Shown: positions 14,041 to 33,310, numbered from the stretch's first letter. The stretch is DNA of 64,000 nt from Chrysomallon squamiferum (GCA_012295275.1 CM022677.1:3534001-3598000), one strand, 5' to 3'. Notes: a model not told the origin generated them from the sequence alone. Numbers and translations are program-made.

Positions 14041-14187
14041 TTCATCTTATAGAATATAACATGTTTGCTACATACTGTTTCATTGATTTCAGTTACAGCT
14101 CACCTGCCAAATCAAAGAAACCTTACGACTTAATTAGCCTGAATTAGTAATTAGCTGACTCTAGTTAGCTTTGACTAATTTATTGGA

Positions 14188-14243
<56 letters not shown>

Positions 14244-14554
14244 AATTAATTACAATTTCAATAGCCATTATACTGAAGAGAAATCTGATATATTTATTTT
14301 TATATTCTATTACAAATTATTTTCTTCACTTTTATTTGTTTCTTTATTTCTTTTATTATTATTATTATTATTATTATAAATTTGTCATCTGTTAATTGGC
14401 AACATCGGTTATAAAAAAAGTTAAATTAGAAATACAGAGTCAATTCCATATATTAATGAGTAGTAGTTTATATTGTTAATTCTTATAGAAATGTCTTCAC
14501 TCAAATTTAATTAGTAATTAGCTGACTCTAGTTAGCTTTGACTAATTTATTGGA

Positions 14555-14614
<60 letters not shown>

Positions 14615-14635
14615 AATAAATAAATAAACAAAGGA

Positions 14636-14940
14636 CATGCACGCGGGTTTATCGTCGACCGAAGCGTGGGACCACTGGAAGGATCAACTCGACGTCATTT
14701 CCTTTTCTCTCGTTCGCCGAGACGAGCCGAGCCCATCCGAGCACAGCCGAAATCGGTTTTCATGGCAGCGCTCAGACGACAGTTTGAAAACTGGGTCACC
14801 GTGCTTGCTACCGATGTCAATTTTATTTTAATCAGTGCACAAATAAGAGAAGAAAACAAATAGCAATAGTAATAATAGTAATAGAAATGACACTTTTCAG
14901 TTCGAACGACAAGACACTGTTTACAACAAGAACACAAAAT
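14636..14940 (+). repeat. GC-rich element, inverted paralogue of 25880-26225
   Basis: aaactgggtcaccgtgcttgctaccgatgtcaatt here aligns with the reverse complement of aattgacatcggtagcgagtaccgagacccagttt at ~25997. Similarity extends on both sides. Confidence 0.75.
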
Positions 14941-15919
14941 ACAAAAATAAATAATAAAAACATAAATGAAATTTTAATGCCTTCCGCTTATTTTAATACA
15001 GTCTTACTTATACACAGTTTATTTATTTCTTTTTCTTTCTTTTTTCTACATCACATATTATGTTGATATTTCAGAACAGTATACGTAGAAAAATTTAGAA
15101 TGAATGATAAATGATCAGTGGCTTTCAGTTTATTGGCATAAGTCGTGCTTTTGATAGTAAAGCAAAAATATTAATTCCCAGTTTTACTAACTTATGGGCA
15201 TTTAATAGTCAAAACATATTTAATTTATCAAATTTATTTATTTATTTATTTATTTATTTATTTTAAAATAACAACAATAAATAAATAAATATAAATAAAA
15301 ATACTTAGCAAGGTAAAAGACGAAAAATTAATTCGAGTGAAGAGAATAAATCGTTCACTTTTACCATGTGTCCATTATACTGTATATATATTTTTGTTAT
15401 GTACATTATTGTAAATCCACCATCTTGTCATACTTATATTAAATTTTGTATGAATGTCTCCTCAAATGCACGACCAGAGTGTAAGTAACGTTCAGTTCGG
15501 TGTGTATTTGTGTTTATAAAACGTGTCTGTGTGCGTACTTGACTGACCTTTCATGAATTAATGAATAAATGAATAAATAAATATAGCAAAACGTTTATTA
15601 CGAGATCGCATAGACAGTGTGGGTAGATCGCATGACACTAAAAAAAAAAACGTATCATCCATTCTGCAAGTGCAAGTTCAAGTTATCAGAGTAAGGTGAA
15701 GGCCAAACATGTACAGACTTGTATTGTGCCATACAGGTTCAAACTGTTATGCAATTACAACAACATATCTTGTAAATATAAGTATACTTAGTATAAATAA
15801 ATAAAATAAACAGATAAATGTTTTGCGTTTTTACTGTAGGTAGATCATTTTGAGTTGGTCATTTAAAACGTTGGGGCAAGGTTATAATTCATTGAAATAA
15901 TAATAATTAATCAGAAAAT

Positions 15920-16053
15920 ATGCATGACGTCACGGCCACAGCATCCCGAAGTATAGCGAAGTTACGGCGAGACTATTAGTGAAAGGGCGCGCACCGGGGA
16001 CACTTTAACAACTATAGTAATTCAAAATTTTGTATGTAAGCTTGATTTACACC
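15920..16053 (+). promoter_or_regulatory. Putative promoter/5' region of the EGFR-like gene
   Basis: CpG-containing patch with a perfect CRE palindrome TGACGTCA (15925-15932) about 120 bp before the ATG, in ACCATGA context. Confidence 0.45.
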
Positions 16054-16224
16054 ATGAAAATTGTCTTTGCCTTAGTGTTGTCTTTCACTTCGCTACTGAT
16101 GAATTTAGCGGACGAGCAAGGTAGGCTGATATTTGTTTTCCAAAATGACAGGAAGCTGAAAACCACGTGTTTTCACTTGGCAAATGGAATCGAGAATAAA
16201 ATTTATAAAGATTAAATTCTGTAA

Positions 16225-16273
<49 letters not shown>

Positions 16274-16534
16274 TTTGTTATATATATATATATTTAAAAA
16301 TTGAACTTGGTTTATATTAATGTCTACAATATGTAAATATCTTTTACTTCTTAAAACAAATTTATTTAGCTAAAACTTATTTTCTTAGAAATATTCTTGT
16401 ATAGAATGTAAACTGTACAATCTTATAATTAATATATCAGTATAGATTCAATCTCAACAACAACAACAACAACAACAATAATAAAAAGATGAAAAATCCC
16501 CATGAAATTTAAGAAAAATAGTTTCTAATTCCAC

Positions 16535-16590
<56 letters not shown>

Positions 16591-17935
16591 CACTAAGAAT
16601 CATATCTACTTAAACAAGTCACTGAAAATAACCATGTTGCCAAAATCTAATTTTTATTTAACAAAATGTCCTAGTACACCAGTACTTATCTACTGTTTCA
16701 CTTCCCTTTCCCAGAGAATTAACCCTCCCCTCAAACATATTCAGCAGATCTGTATACCCTCCCCCATAATATATATAAATGTTAGTTGTGTTCGTAATAA
16801 ATTATCTGAAAAGAAAACAAACACATTGTTGTTTTAAAATCAGTTTTATTTCCATTAATTGTTACAGAAAATAGTAAATTTTAGTTTTTAAAATTGTCTT
16901 CATTTCATTTAATAATTGTTTACAGAAAGTATTAAAAACAAACAACAAACACACTAATTTCAAAAACCAAACAGAAAATAGTAAATTTCAAAAATCATTA
17001 TATTTTATATAATAATTAATTGTTTACAGAAAAGCTTTTAAAAATTGTCTGTTCTTGTTTCTTTTCTTTTTCTTGTTTTATTTATTTATTTATTTACTAT
17101 AAGGTGTTGTGCTGCTAGTAATAATGGTGAGTTAGTAGCTGGAAATAGCTCAGATGTGCTGCATTTTGCAGTTTTCCATGGGGCTGCTCCTTTTTTTTAT
17201 TGGTTTAATCACAATTAGGCCCATTTTAGGTGACAGAATAATTTTTGGTTTTGATGGTCAGTTACGAGAATTTCCATTCAGATAGTGTAATTAGTGGTGG
17301 TTTTTATTGTTATCTGATTCAATGAGATTGTCGCGAGGTCTTGTTTGGGTTATCAGATAATTGTTAGACCCTTAAATGTTGCAGATTTCTGGTATTACAA
17401 AAGAAAATAAGTGAATGACAAATTACAGTTAATCAAAATGAATTGAAATGATTGGTCTGTTTTGAATTTCTCATTGGTCAATAACAGTGAGGCCTATTTA
17501 TTCTTATTTTTTTCTACATTCAAGGTTTTGTTGGCAACAGAAAAAACAATGTTTACCATAGTAACTGATATTGAAATAATTTAAATTCATGAAAAATAAA
17601 CATTACAGACAAATAAACAACAAATAAAATAATAATTAAATAAAAGTTAAATAGGTAATAAAATGAAATAAATAAAAATTGTTATTTAAAGTTCATTTTC
17701 TGGTGTGTATGGAGTTTAATAATAATAATAATCTTTCTTTACAATATTGACTTTAACAAATGAATATAAATCTTTTTACTGCACTATTCAAATATAAATT
17801 TTGACATTCTTTAGAGATTTGTATTCCAAGTTACAGAATGACAGGAATTTAAGTTAATTAGACGTCAGGTTTTTATTTTTTAAATTTTAGTTATTATTAT
17901 TAACATACTACTACTACTACTACTACTACCAGTAC

Positions 17936-17968
<33 letters not shown>

Positions 17969-19887
17969 TACTACTATGAAAGAATGTTACAATGATAAGA
18001 TAAAAAAAAAAAAATTGTTTACAGAAGTGTTTGTATGTATAATAGATTTTTTGTTAATAAACATATACAGAAATACAAAAACAAACACAGACACACACAC
18101 ACAGACACACAAACACAGACACACACACACACACACACAGACTCACACACAGACACACACACACACACATAATTTTCAAGTGCTAAATCAAACTGCTACT
18201 TCCTGTTAACTGTTATGTGCCAGGAAAATTACATTTTGATAATCTCCCTTTGATAAATCATACAATTTTGTAATATTGGTATTATAATAACTTTGTTAGT
18301 TGCAGTATTATCTCAATTTTATTTCAAGATGAAGCATATAATGTCATTAATTAAAGTCACTGTATCATTAATAACAAGAAGAACAACAATAGTAATGACT
18401 GTGTTTTATATTTCAGTGTGTACTGGTACTTCTCAGGGCCTGGTTGCTAGGGGATATGCAGTTTTTCGTTACGAGTCTTACAAACAAATGTACACCAACT
18501 GCACGTACGTGGCTGGCAACTTGGAGATTGTTTTTCTTGACAGTGACTATGACTACGACTTGTCCTTTCTGGAGAACATCGAGGAGGTGATGGGGTACGT
18601 CCTGATAGTGGGCGTGTACGCTCACCGCATCCCCCTGTCAAGTCTGAGAACAATCCGAGGTGAAACTCTGTACCAACACTTACAGGAACACTACAGTCTG
18701 TTGGTAGCCCTGAACTATCAAACAAAGTCAGCTATAATTGGATTGCACGAACTTCTCCTTATAAATTTACAAGGTAAGTCTAGTTTTGTTGTTATTTTTA
18801 AAACTCTGCTATAACTGGATTGCACGAACTTCTCCTTATAAATTTACAAGGTAAGTCTAGTTTTGTTGTTATTTTTAAAACTCTGCTATAATTGGATTGC
18901 ACGAACTTCTCCTTATAAATTTACAAGGTAAGTCTAGTTTTGTTGTTATTTTTAAAACTCTGCTATAATTGGATTGCACGAACTTCTCCTTATAAATTTA
19001 CAAGGTAAGTCTAGTTTTGTTGTTATTTTTAAAACTCTGCTATAATTGGATTGCACGAACTTCTCCTTATAAATTTACAAGCTAAGTCTAGTTTTGTTGT
19101 TATTTTTAAAACTCTGCTATAATTGGACTGCAAGAACTTTGTCTTATAAATTTACAAGGTAAGTCTAGTTTTGTTGTTATTTTTAAAAATCTGCTATAAT
19201 TGGACTGCAAGAACTTTGTCTTATAAATTTACAAGGTAAGTCTAGTTTTGTTGTTATTTTTAACATTTGATGCTTGGACGAATATATAAATGTATTTATA
19301 CATGGACATACAGATGTATTTATACATAGATATACAGATGTATTTATACATGGACATACAGATGTATTTATACATAGATATACAGATGTATTTATACATG
19401 GACATACAGATGTATTTATACATGGATATACAGATGTATTTATAGATGGATATAATATAGATGTATTTATAGATGGATATAATACAGATGTATTTATAGA
19501 TGGATATATATAGATGTATTTACAGATGGATATATATAGATGTATTTATATATATAGATATATATATATAGATAGATACTAAAGATGGATATACAGATGT
19601 ATTGATGGAGAGATCATTATTTGGATGGATGGAAGGGTTTATAAAATCTTATTTAAAAAAGTAATAGAAATAAAAACAGTAAACAAAAAAAAATAAAAAT
19701 AAAAGTCTCTATATGGAATTAATGTCATAATTCAAAATGTATTCTGTTTCAGAAATTCTCCGTGGCAAGATATTTTTTCAGTTCAACAATCTGCTGTGTT
19801 TTGTGTCTACCATCGACTGGAAGGACATCAGCCTCAGTATGGACACACCCATCAGTTTTGATGATGAAGTGGGTTACACCCACAAAT
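16054..19887 (+). CDS. EGFR/ErbB-like, 5' three exons only (signal peptide + receptor L1 domain)
   Basis: Exons 16054-16120 (MKIVFALVLSFTSLLMNLADEQ), 18417-18773 (VCTGTSQGL...MYTNCTYVAGNLEIVFL...YDLSFLENIEEVMGYVLI...IPLSSLRTIRGETLY...LHELLLINLQ) and 19753-19887 (EILRGKIFFQFNNLLCFVSTIDWKDI). All junctions are phase 1 and the frame is open. No furin-like, L2, TM or kinase exons were found downstream. Confidence 0.85.
18731..19262 (+). repeat. 77-bp tandem repeat x7 of the EGFR exon-2 end plus its splice donor
   Basis: Unit gctataattggattgcacgaacttctccttataaatttacaag|gtaagtctagttttgttgttatttttaaaactct. Confidence 0.95.
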
Positions 19888-20609
19888 GTGAGTATTTGTC
19901 TGTCATTGTTTTAAACATGAAGTGGGTTATATCTGACCATGTGAGTATTTGTCTGTGTGTGTGCCAGTCTGTCTGTCTGTCTGTGTATCTGTCAGTCATT
20001 GTATATCCAGTAAATCATGAAGATATAACAAACAGATAATTGCTTGCATTGGTCAGCAAGAAAAATATCTTCTCATAGATGTAAAAGTCTGTCACAGATT
20101 TTGATAATTCATTCATCAAGTTCTACTCAGAACAGGACAATGCTACTACTTGCTCAGACAAAAACTGATCCTGTTGGTGAAACCTCACTGAAAAACAGTC
20201 ACCTTCATTTTATTATCACTGATATAAAAACTACAACACCCCTTACAGTTTCACCTCCTCTATGCCTGTGTCTAACAAAGTGGAAATTTGCACATCCTGT
20301 ACAGACTTTTTCTCTTCATTATCATCTTTAACTGGTTGTAACACATGTAACTGTATTGAACTTATGAGTTAGTTTCATGTTCTAATGTTATCAAAACTGA
20401 AGATTGAAGTAAAGGCATTGACTTTTTAGGATATACTAAATAAATAAACTAAAATATATTGTTCTATAAATTCATTTCAATCTCAAACTTATTTATAATT
20501 TTAGCTGTTCTCAAGATAAAAAATTATTGAATGAGAAGATGGTTTAGGTTTTACAAAAACACCGAAAGAGAATTCTAATTAACAATAAAAAATAAACATT
20601 CCACTGCAG

Positions 20610-21321
20610 GTAGTGCTGTCAGCTGTTTGAAAAGATTTACAACCATGTTTTTTTGTCCTGCAACATCAACAATGTGTGCAGCAGAACATCACAGAATGAT
20701 TACAGTTACTGGCTGTTAACACTGGAGCCGATGTTGATGATGATGATGAATCGAGTGAGAGGTGAACAGACCAGGCAGACATCAGCAGTTTGTGAATCTC
20801 CAGACCCTGTAAGTCCTGCCCTGTACTCATTTACATAACATTAATATTCATTACTTAATCATGATATATTCATACTTGTATTTGATTTCCATTGTTTGAG
20901 GTAAGTGATTATGAATACAAAATGATATTTAAAATTGACACATGTAAAATGAGAATGTTAACATTTAACTGTATTCAATACAGAATTAGTATACAGTGTA
21001 AACCTTTTTTATTACTGTCATAAATTTCAATTTTTATGTTTATTAATTTAATAATTATTGATACGAATTAATATTTATTTTTGAGTTAACAATTAACATT
21101 TTTGAATATGAATTAAATTGTTATTTTTGCATGTTATCCAATATGTTTTTAAATATAGTATTTTTTTTTTTTTTTAATATCAGTTTTATAATGTTTTTAC
21201 TTCCCTTACTTTGAGATTTTTTGTTTTCTTAGAGGTTTTTACTGTGCACAGTCAGACAAAGCTCATTGCAGAATGTTCAATGGGCTGGTGTGCATCATGG
21301 ATTGGCCAAAGTTTTGTCGTG
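20610..21321 (+). pseudogene. Type IV collagen NC1 domain fragment (2 exons)
   Basis: Exon 20610-20808 reads GSAVSCLKRFTTMFF/LSCNINNVCSRTSQNDYSYWLLTLEPM...AVCESP. Exon 21235-21321 reads VFTVHSQTKLIAECSMGWCASWIGQSFVV. Both match COL4 [33 protein letters not shown].EPM...AVHSQT..IP.CP.GW.SLWIGYSF. There is a 1-nt frameshift in the T7 run at 20648-20654. Confidence 0.9.
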
Positions 21322-21910
21322 GTAAATTTGAAGTAAGTTGTTTTGAACTGTTTTTGACTTTGTAACTTCAACTTTGAAATTCTTTCCTGTTTTGATTTTA
21401 TTGAAATACCCATAAGTAATATGTTTGTTGCCAAAAAATTCAGTTTGTTTTTAAAACATGATGTTATTGACTTGTATTTTAATATGCAAGTAGACAATTC
21501 TTTATCAATTTGTATTTATTTAAAACATGGATGTTATAGACTTCTATTTTATATACAACTTGACAATGTTAATTACAATGTTTGACAAGTTTACCACAAA
21601 ACTGAAAAACACGCAGCTTGGCGTTTTTGTTGATTATTATGAACCCCAAAAATTGTAAACTTCTGTATTTTTTACAAAATAACTGACTAGCAGCTTATTT
21701 TCAAGAGATAACTTAATAATGATGTAAAATGTAATATTTAAATTATGTAAAATGTATTTATTCTGACTAAATAATTTGTAATTTTAATATTTGAAGTAAC
21801 TTTTAAATAATAATTTGCTATCATTTCCAGTGATAAATGTTATATTTTTTAATAAATTATTTTTATTTGTTAGGGTTATCAGTGAAAAGTTTTGTTTATT
21901 ACTTTTACAG

Positions 21911-22800
21911 GACAAACAAGCCCTTGCTGACCAGAACAAAGTTCTATCAGGCCAAGGATGACCACTTGACCAGGCTTGTAGTACAACTCAGTGAAGAACA
22001 ATCACTTCTCCAGTTGTTGGTGTTAAAATAAATTTGTACAAACTGAGACACTCAGATGAGTTCAAGTGTTTTGAAATCAGATGCTGAGTATAATGGACAG
22101 GTAATTCGGTTTACAACTAGATTTTATAAACTGTAAAATGTAAATCATTTAATGTCATATGAGAATATTTTTGATATTATTATCATTATATATAATTTTC
22201 TTTTTTTAAATAATGATTCTGTAGATGACACTGATATAGCAATTGGAAGAAAAGGAATCTACTTTAGAAAAATCTATCTTTAAGAAGTAGCAGATAAAAT
22301 TATTGATCTTACTTGTTATCAATTTTTATAAAAGATACTAAATTACTTATTTATTAAAAGAAAAATGGATGTTTCTCTTTAAAAAAGAATATATATATGT
22401 ATATGTTTTTAAATTACTGAAAGTTCTGAGTTGATTTATTCAGACTAGTATTAAACACACAGTTCCACAGACAGTCGAAATTAGAGGTGCAACAAGAAAT
22501 GTTTAAATAAATAAACTTAAACTTTATTTTATTTCAGTTAAATTAACTGTACTTGTTATTGGTTGAATATATTACTTCAGATTCAAATGAAAAAATATAA
22601 AATTGTAGCAGTTGTTGTTAAAAAAAATGTAATATTTTACTTTTCAGACACCATAGAAAGCTATTTACAAGAACTGATGTCCACTGAGTCTAAATGACTT
22701 GTCAAGTTTTCTGTACTGAATTAAGTAAACAGAAGATAAAACATCTCCACAGTAAACATGAAAAACTAAATAACTGGAGAAAACTGAGTTTAGAAAGTTC
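21911..22800 (+). pseudogene. DHX8: DHX8/PRP22 C-terminal fragment, copy 1
   Basis: Exon 21911-22100 reads DKQALADQ..KFYQAKDDHLT...KNNHFSS.WC...QMLSIMD with frameshifts and stops. Fused remnants of the last exons lie at 22649-22800. Flanks ~21750-23750 are paralogous to ~36240-38900. Confidence 0.85.
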
Positions 22801-24133
22801 CACACCAAACTAACATTTTAAAAACATTACTAGTGTGAATCATGGACTGTTCTTACTGAAGAATGTGTAATGTGACATGGTTTTAGACTCAGTCACAGTG
22901 TCGTTGATGAAATCAGATGTACACAGAATGTTTGTACCAGACACAGCACCAAGTACAGTGAAGTCTGTGAAAAAAAGAAATTATTTTGTAAAAATCATTT
23001 AATGTTAGAAATCCTTGATTACTGCTTCAAAAAAAACTACACACTTCGGATTAAAAATGTTTGGTTCAAGGGAGATAATTTAATTTTTATTTTTTTTATT
23101 TTTTAATTTTTGAAAAAAAATAATGTACTTAATCATGTAACCAAAGCATAAAATAACAGAATACCAAGAGTTCTGGTAAAGATTTACCCTATAAAAGTTT
23201 GTTAAATCATAAAATGGAATCAGTTGTGTAAACCTATATATGCCATATATTTGTTTGGAAGATTAAAATCAGAAATTAAAAATGTTCTTAATTACTAATT
23301 TCAGGTTACATTATCTGTCAAGTTATTTATTAAGTTTAGTAGTTTTATAGTTTTTGTAAACAAATGTCTTGTTTTTCATTTTATGTTGTATATTTTATCA
23401 TAAACTTTTATTGATAAATCAGAAATCTTGGCATTTTTGTGTTTATAGCACAAATCTTTAGAACCTTAAGATATATTTTAAATACTTTTTAATTTGAAAC
23501 ATTTTATATCATGCTTTTCTAAATTTATAATTAAGGATTTTGGCAAAGTTTTTCTAAAATTATGTGATAAACTTTGTTGTTTTCTTGTTGAAATAAATAT
23601 TTCAAATTATTTTGTTTTTTGTTTTTATCACCTATTTTTTTTAGCAAGCTTTATTAAATTACAGGGTCAGGAATATTTATTTATATAGTTTTGTTACAAT
23701 AACCCAAATTTAGTATTTACTAGGCATTATAATATCATTTTATACTAGTTAATAATTTTGTATTCAGTACTTAAGAGAATGTTTAACATTGAAAATCAGT
23801 GAGTAACAAACTAAAATTGTTAAAGAAACAAAACAAGCCCCGTACCAGCAAATTTATTTTCATTATAATTAATTTTTAACAACATTAAATAAAAATAAAT
23901 AAATAGAAATCAGGTTTGACAATTATACAGATATTTATTAATTCACTCATCCATTCACTCTACCCGCCTCATTCATTCACTGCTTCATGTAAAAGATAAA
24001 ATGTAGACACAACTGTGAAGAGAAATGTAGAAAACACAGAGTAATTTCAAGTTTAGTATCAGACTTAGTATGTTAGTTTGTTGATGTTCCTAACCTTAAA
24101 CTTCCTGTTTTAATCCATAAATTTCAGAAAATA

Positions 24134-24853
24134 CAGTATACCCTCACCTGTTCGCGGTTCCCCATTCGCGGCCCCGCATATTCGCGGGTTAGGCTCTTAA
24201 CCCTATCGCATCGTATGCTGGTATACCAGGCGAGCGTCATAACGTCATAAAAACAAATGCTCGGTAAACCGCACAAACAATATCAAATTTTTTCAATTAT
24301 TATTGCAATACAGTACGTATTTTTTTATAAATGCATACACTGTACGTACAGTGCATATTTTTTGTGACCGTGTATTAATAATGTTTTTAATTGCATATTA
24401 TTACTGAATTGTATTATTATTACCTGAACTGTGCGTACTGTATTTATCTGTCTGTTTGCCTTTAAATTTGTTCCACTTTCTGTCAATTCTAATACATATG
24501 TTGTACGCATAGAAAATGACTTTACGGTACAGTAATACAGTATGGGTAACTATGCTATGCGGTGTTACTGTCCTCCTGTACTTACGTTTCTTTCTGATTA
24601 AAATATTGTTTCAGTACAAAATTAAAATGTGTTTACATTATCATTACTACATTAGTGAAATACATAACTGCATGCAATATTACTACATTATTACTGTATT
24701 AATGAGTAAGAGTGTCTTTAGAAAGTGTTTCGGAAGCATTTAGTACCGTATATAATCTTATAATAGACGTTTTAAAACTGCATCCAATATTCGCGGTTTT
24801 TCGCTATTCGGGGGGTAAAGAACGTAACCCCCGCGAATAGCGAGGGAATACTG
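24134..24853. mobile_element. Non-autonomous Tc1/mariner-pogo (Tigger-like) MITE, 720 bp
   Basis: TIRs CAGTATACCCTCACCTGTTCGCGG and CCGCGAATAGCGAGGGAATACTG, with a TA duplication at 24132-24133 and 24854-24855. Confidence 0.85.
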
Positions 24854-25626
24854 TAATTATTTTAAGGTCATCATTTCTAGATATGTACAAGAATCTAAAA
24901 GATATTTTTTTTTTTTTTTTTTTTTTAATTTAGCATATTTAAATAGGCGTCTTTTAACTGGCATATTTAAATTAACATTTTCCTGTTGGCATATTTATAT
25001 TGTAAAGTTTAAATTTTATTATAAACTATGATTTTCTTGTCAGCATATTAAAATTAGCATATTTCATTACATATTTAAATAACTAATTTATTACATGATA
25101 ATTAATAATAATTATAATTAAATTATTACACGATAATTAATAAATAATACAGTAATTCATTGGCATTAACTGAATATTCACTAGTTTCACTTCTCTGAGT
25201 TCTTTTTCCTCACTGGTAAAAAGTTTTTAAATAATAAAATAATAATAATAACATCAGCTATAAATCCATAACTTTTATGAAAGTGGATTAGAAATAATTA
25301 TGAATTTACTAAAATAACAAATAAGCATTAAGCACACACATGCTGGAGAGGTTTATGATTAATTTAAAAGATCCTGTTATAGTATTTGGATTTATCAAAC
25401 ATATCTTGTGACAAAATGATAGACCAGTGTAAAAAATAAATCTACAGAAGTTTCAAAGTTAGTAAGGATCTAATTTTTGAAAATAATATTTTATATAAAT
25501 AAAGAAATAAATTTATATTAAAAAATTAAAAAATAGAAAAGAAGAAAACCTAAATGAAAATAGTAATTAAATAACAAAGATAAAAAATATGAAGATGGAA
25601 AGTAATACTTTTCAAGTTTAATTTCA

Positions 25627-25658
<32 letters not shown>

Positions 25659-25661
25659 TAA

Positions 25662-25724
<63 letters not shown>

Positions 25725-25806
25725 CGGTAATAATAATAACAGAAAGGTTTCGTTCTTATCCTGTGTTCACGAGTCACTTTGCACGAAATTAGCATTATTG
25801 CTGTTG

Positions 25807-25838
<32 letters not shown>

Positions 25839-25879
25839 GGTGGTGGCGGCGGTGCTGCTGTTGTTGTTGTTGTTGTCGT

Positions 25880-26225
25880 CGTTGTGAACAGCATTTCGTC
25901 TTTCGTGGTGATGGACTGTAAATTGTGTCACTGTCAATAATTTTTTATATTTTTTTTTTTTTTTTTTTCTTAATTTTTGTGCAGTCTTTAAGGAGAAATT
26001 GACATCGGTAGCGAGTACCGAGACCCAGTTTCCTAACGTTCGTCTCGCGCCGTTGTCATGGGAACCGATCTCAGCTCAGCTCGGCTCAGCTCCGTTCGGC
26101 TACACTCGGGTAGGATCGGTTCGGGTCAGGTCGGGTCGGGTCGGGTCGGGTCGACTGCACTCCACTGGGCGGGCGGACGAGAGCTAAAAAGAAAAAAATC
26201 GTCGGGATTCATCCGTCCACTGTCA
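25880..26225 (-). repeat. GC-rich element, inverted paralogue of 14636-14940; contains (GGGTC)n and an X-box-like GTTGTCATGGGAAC
   Basis: Alignment by eye with 14636-14940. Confidence 0.7.
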
Positions 26226-26285
26226 ATTATTATTGTTGTTGTTGTTGTTATTATTATTGTTGCTGCTGCTGCTGCTGCTGTTTTT

Positions 26286-26317
<32 letters not shown>

Positions 26318-26539
26318 TATTATTATTGTTATTATTGTCATCCTTATTATTATTATTATTAATAGTTTTTGTTTGTTTGTTTGTTTGTTAGTTTGCATGT
26401 TTGTTGGTTTGTTTGTTGGTTTGTTTATTTGTTTATTTGTTTATTTCTTTCTTTTATTTCATTTCTTTCTTTCTTTATTTACTTACTTATTTTCTAAATA
26501 ACAAAAAAAAAAAAAAAAAAAAAAAAATAAATAAAAAAA

Positions 26540-26578
<39 letters not shown>

Positions 26579-26589
26579 AATAAACAAAA

Positions 26590-32230
<5,641 letters not shown>

Positions 32231-32249
32231 ACAGGAAGAGGAAGCTCGC

Positions 32250-33310
32250 GTGTCTACGTGTATCGGTGTGTGTTTGTTTGTGTATCGGTGTGTGTCTGTT
32301 TGTGTGTTGGTGTGTATTTGTTTGCGCGTGTGTGTGTTTGGTTTGTGTTTGTTGGTGTTTGTCTATTTGTGTATCGGTGTGTATTTGTTTGCGCGTTGGT
32401 GTGTGTTGGTTTGTGTTTGTTGGTGTTTGTCTATTTGTGTATTGGTGTGTGTTTGTGTGTTGGTGTGTGTTTCTTTTTGTGTTGGTGTTTGTTTGTTGGT
32501 GTGTGTGTGTGTTTGTTTGTTGTGTTTGTGTGTGTGTTTCTTTTTGTGTTGGTGTTTGTTTGTTGGTGTGTGCATTTCTGTTGGTGTGTGTTTGTGTGTG
32601 TGTGTGTGTCTGTTTGTTTGTGTGTGTGTGTCTGTGTATTGGTGTGTGTCTGTTTGTGTATTGGTGTGTGTCTGTTTTTGTATTGGTGTGTGTCTGTTTG
32701 TGTGTTGGTGTGTGTCTGTGTGATGGTGTATGCTTGTTTGTGTATTGGTGTGTGTCTGTTTGTGTGTTGGTGTGTGTCTGTTTGTGTGATGGTGTATGCT
32801 TGTTTGTGTATTGGTGTGTGTCTGTTTGTGTGTTGGTTGTGTTTGCTTGTGTGATGGTCTGTGCTTGTTTGTGTATTGGTGTGTGTCTGTTTGTGTGTTG
32901 GTGTGTGTTTTTTGTGTGTCGGTGTGTGTTTGTTTGTTGGTCTGATTTTGTCTGTGTGTTTTTGTGTGTGTTTATGTGTTGTGTGTTGTGTGTGTGTGTG
33001 TGTGTGTGTGTTTTTGTTTGTGTGTTGGTGTGTTTGTTTGTTTGTTTGTGTGTGTGTGTGTGTGTTTGTGTGTGTTTGTGTTTGTCTGTGTATTGGTGTG
33101 TGTTTGTGTGTTTGTGTGTTAGTGTGTGTTTGTCTGTGTGTTAGTGTTTGTGTGTTGGTGTGTGTGTATTTTTGTTTGTGTGTTAGTGTGTGTTTGTCTC
33201 TTTGTTTGTGTGTTGGTATGTGTTTGTGTTTTGGTGTGTGTTTGTTTGTGTGTTGGTTTTTGTTTGTGTGTTGGTGTGTGTTTGTTTGTATCGTGTATGT
33301 CTGTGTATGT
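32250..33310. repeat. GT-rich degenerate low-complexity tract (ggtgtgtgt(c/t)tgtttgtgt...)
   Basis: Composition is almost entirely G and T, and it generates the spurious Val/Cys ORFs. Confidence 0.9.
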
